This document shows positions 49,701 to 50,691 of a DNA stretch of 50,691 nucleotides, piece by piece (position 1 is the stretch's first letter; each line of letters begins with the position of its first letter). This DNA comes from Octopus sinensis (lineage: Eukaryota), in the NCBI RefSeq assembly GCF_006345805.1, contig NW_021834340.1, positions 1 to 50,691 on the forward strand. Direction: 5' to 3'. The notes under the pieces were generated by a model, which was given only the letters and a program-made list of their open reading frames with translations, had not been told where the DNA came from and searched no databases. The translations under genes and the position numbers were made by a program.

Positions 49701-50382
49701 AAGAAATTTGTCGATGCGCCCACAATTCTGATTGCTCGCCGCACAGTTGTTGGTAAAAAAAATAATATAAATATATTACTATGAACTAGAACACTGTTAC
49801 CCTAGAGATATATAGGTTGCTCTCTACTCCAACTAACTAAAAAATGTTAAAGTATTAATGAGCAACCTTTGATGCCCGAGACAGCAGTAGGTGTATTAAC
49901 AGATGGGTAAGAAAACTGGGGTACCTTAACCCAATCTGCTCACTCGTTTCTCCACAACCTCGTGTGTGTGCGTGTATGTGGTCCACTACGCCCAAGATTT
50001 GGCATGTTTTATTTCGTATTAATTGTATTTTATTTTCGCTATTGTGTTTTATTACGTTTCGTAATTTCTTTATCTGTAATTTATTCATAAGTTCTAATTT
50101 ATATCCATTTAATTTTTATGATACACTTTATCCCTACCCTAGCGTTTATTAAACATTCTGTCCCACTACATGTTATTTTGTAAGATCTCTTTATCTTCTT
50201 GTGATTTCTGTTATAGGATTGTATCCGTGCTGGGACATCTCTTTGATTGGCTTTGTCGAAGAAATCGACACCAATATATCTTATTAAAGCCTGGAACTTA
50301 TTCTATTGATCACTTTTGCCGAACCGCTAAGTTACCGAGATGCTACAACCTAACGGGAGGAACACACACACATATATACACC

Positions 50383-50446
<64 letters not shown>

Positions 50447-50449
<3 letters not shown>

Positions 50450-50511
50450 ATTAGAGTTCAGATAACTGCTTCACCACATATGTGGGAAGCAGTTAGCTGA
50501 AGCCTAATTAT
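50447..50511. ncRNA. 65-nt imperfect hairpin (pre-miRNA-sized or tiny foldback element)
   Basis: ATAATTAG-AG-TTCAG-A-TAACTGCTTC-A-CCAC-ATAT-GTGG-GAAGCAGTTA-G-CTGAA-GC-CTAATTAT gives 27 Watson-Crick pairs. Confidence 0.3.
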
Positions 50512-50626
50512 AATTATATGGATAATTTTACCTATAAAGGTTATTTTAACGTACCGATCTACTTGGTAAAATTGTTAAATTATTTAATTAATAAATTTTC
50601 CCTTCTATTATTAATAAATATATATA

Positions 50627-50691
<65 letters not shown>

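Overview
AT-rich, repeat-dominated eukaryotic non-coding DNA. The SINE families and extreme (TA)n/(CA)n load look like an octopus (coleoid cephalopod) genome; that assignment is from pattern recognition, not a search. I find no intact protein-coding gene, tRNA, rRNA or CRISPR array. Nearly all long ORFs in the supplied track are translations of microsatellites. The window holds: dozens of copies of three tRNA-derived SINE families (here called A, B, C); two mariner (DD34D) remnants and one Tc1 remnant; two Dong/R4-type LINE remnants; a CR1/L2-type LINE 3' end; a complete 703-bp non-autonomous Helitron carrying the helicase C-terminus; a 422-bp MITE; multi-kb TA/CA minisatellites; and a near-identical ~1.1-kb tandem duplication. 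The most interesting signals are: (i) three copies of a ~200-bp Penelope-like family (D) with a minimal hammerhead-ribozyme core and compensatory stem changes; (ii) a covarying 3' stem-loop shared by SINE A and the CR1-like LINE; (iii) a 65-nt pre-miRNA-sized hairpin near the right end. A few weak exon candidates are given at low confidence. Coordinates of diverged repeats are approximate (about +/-10-20 bp).
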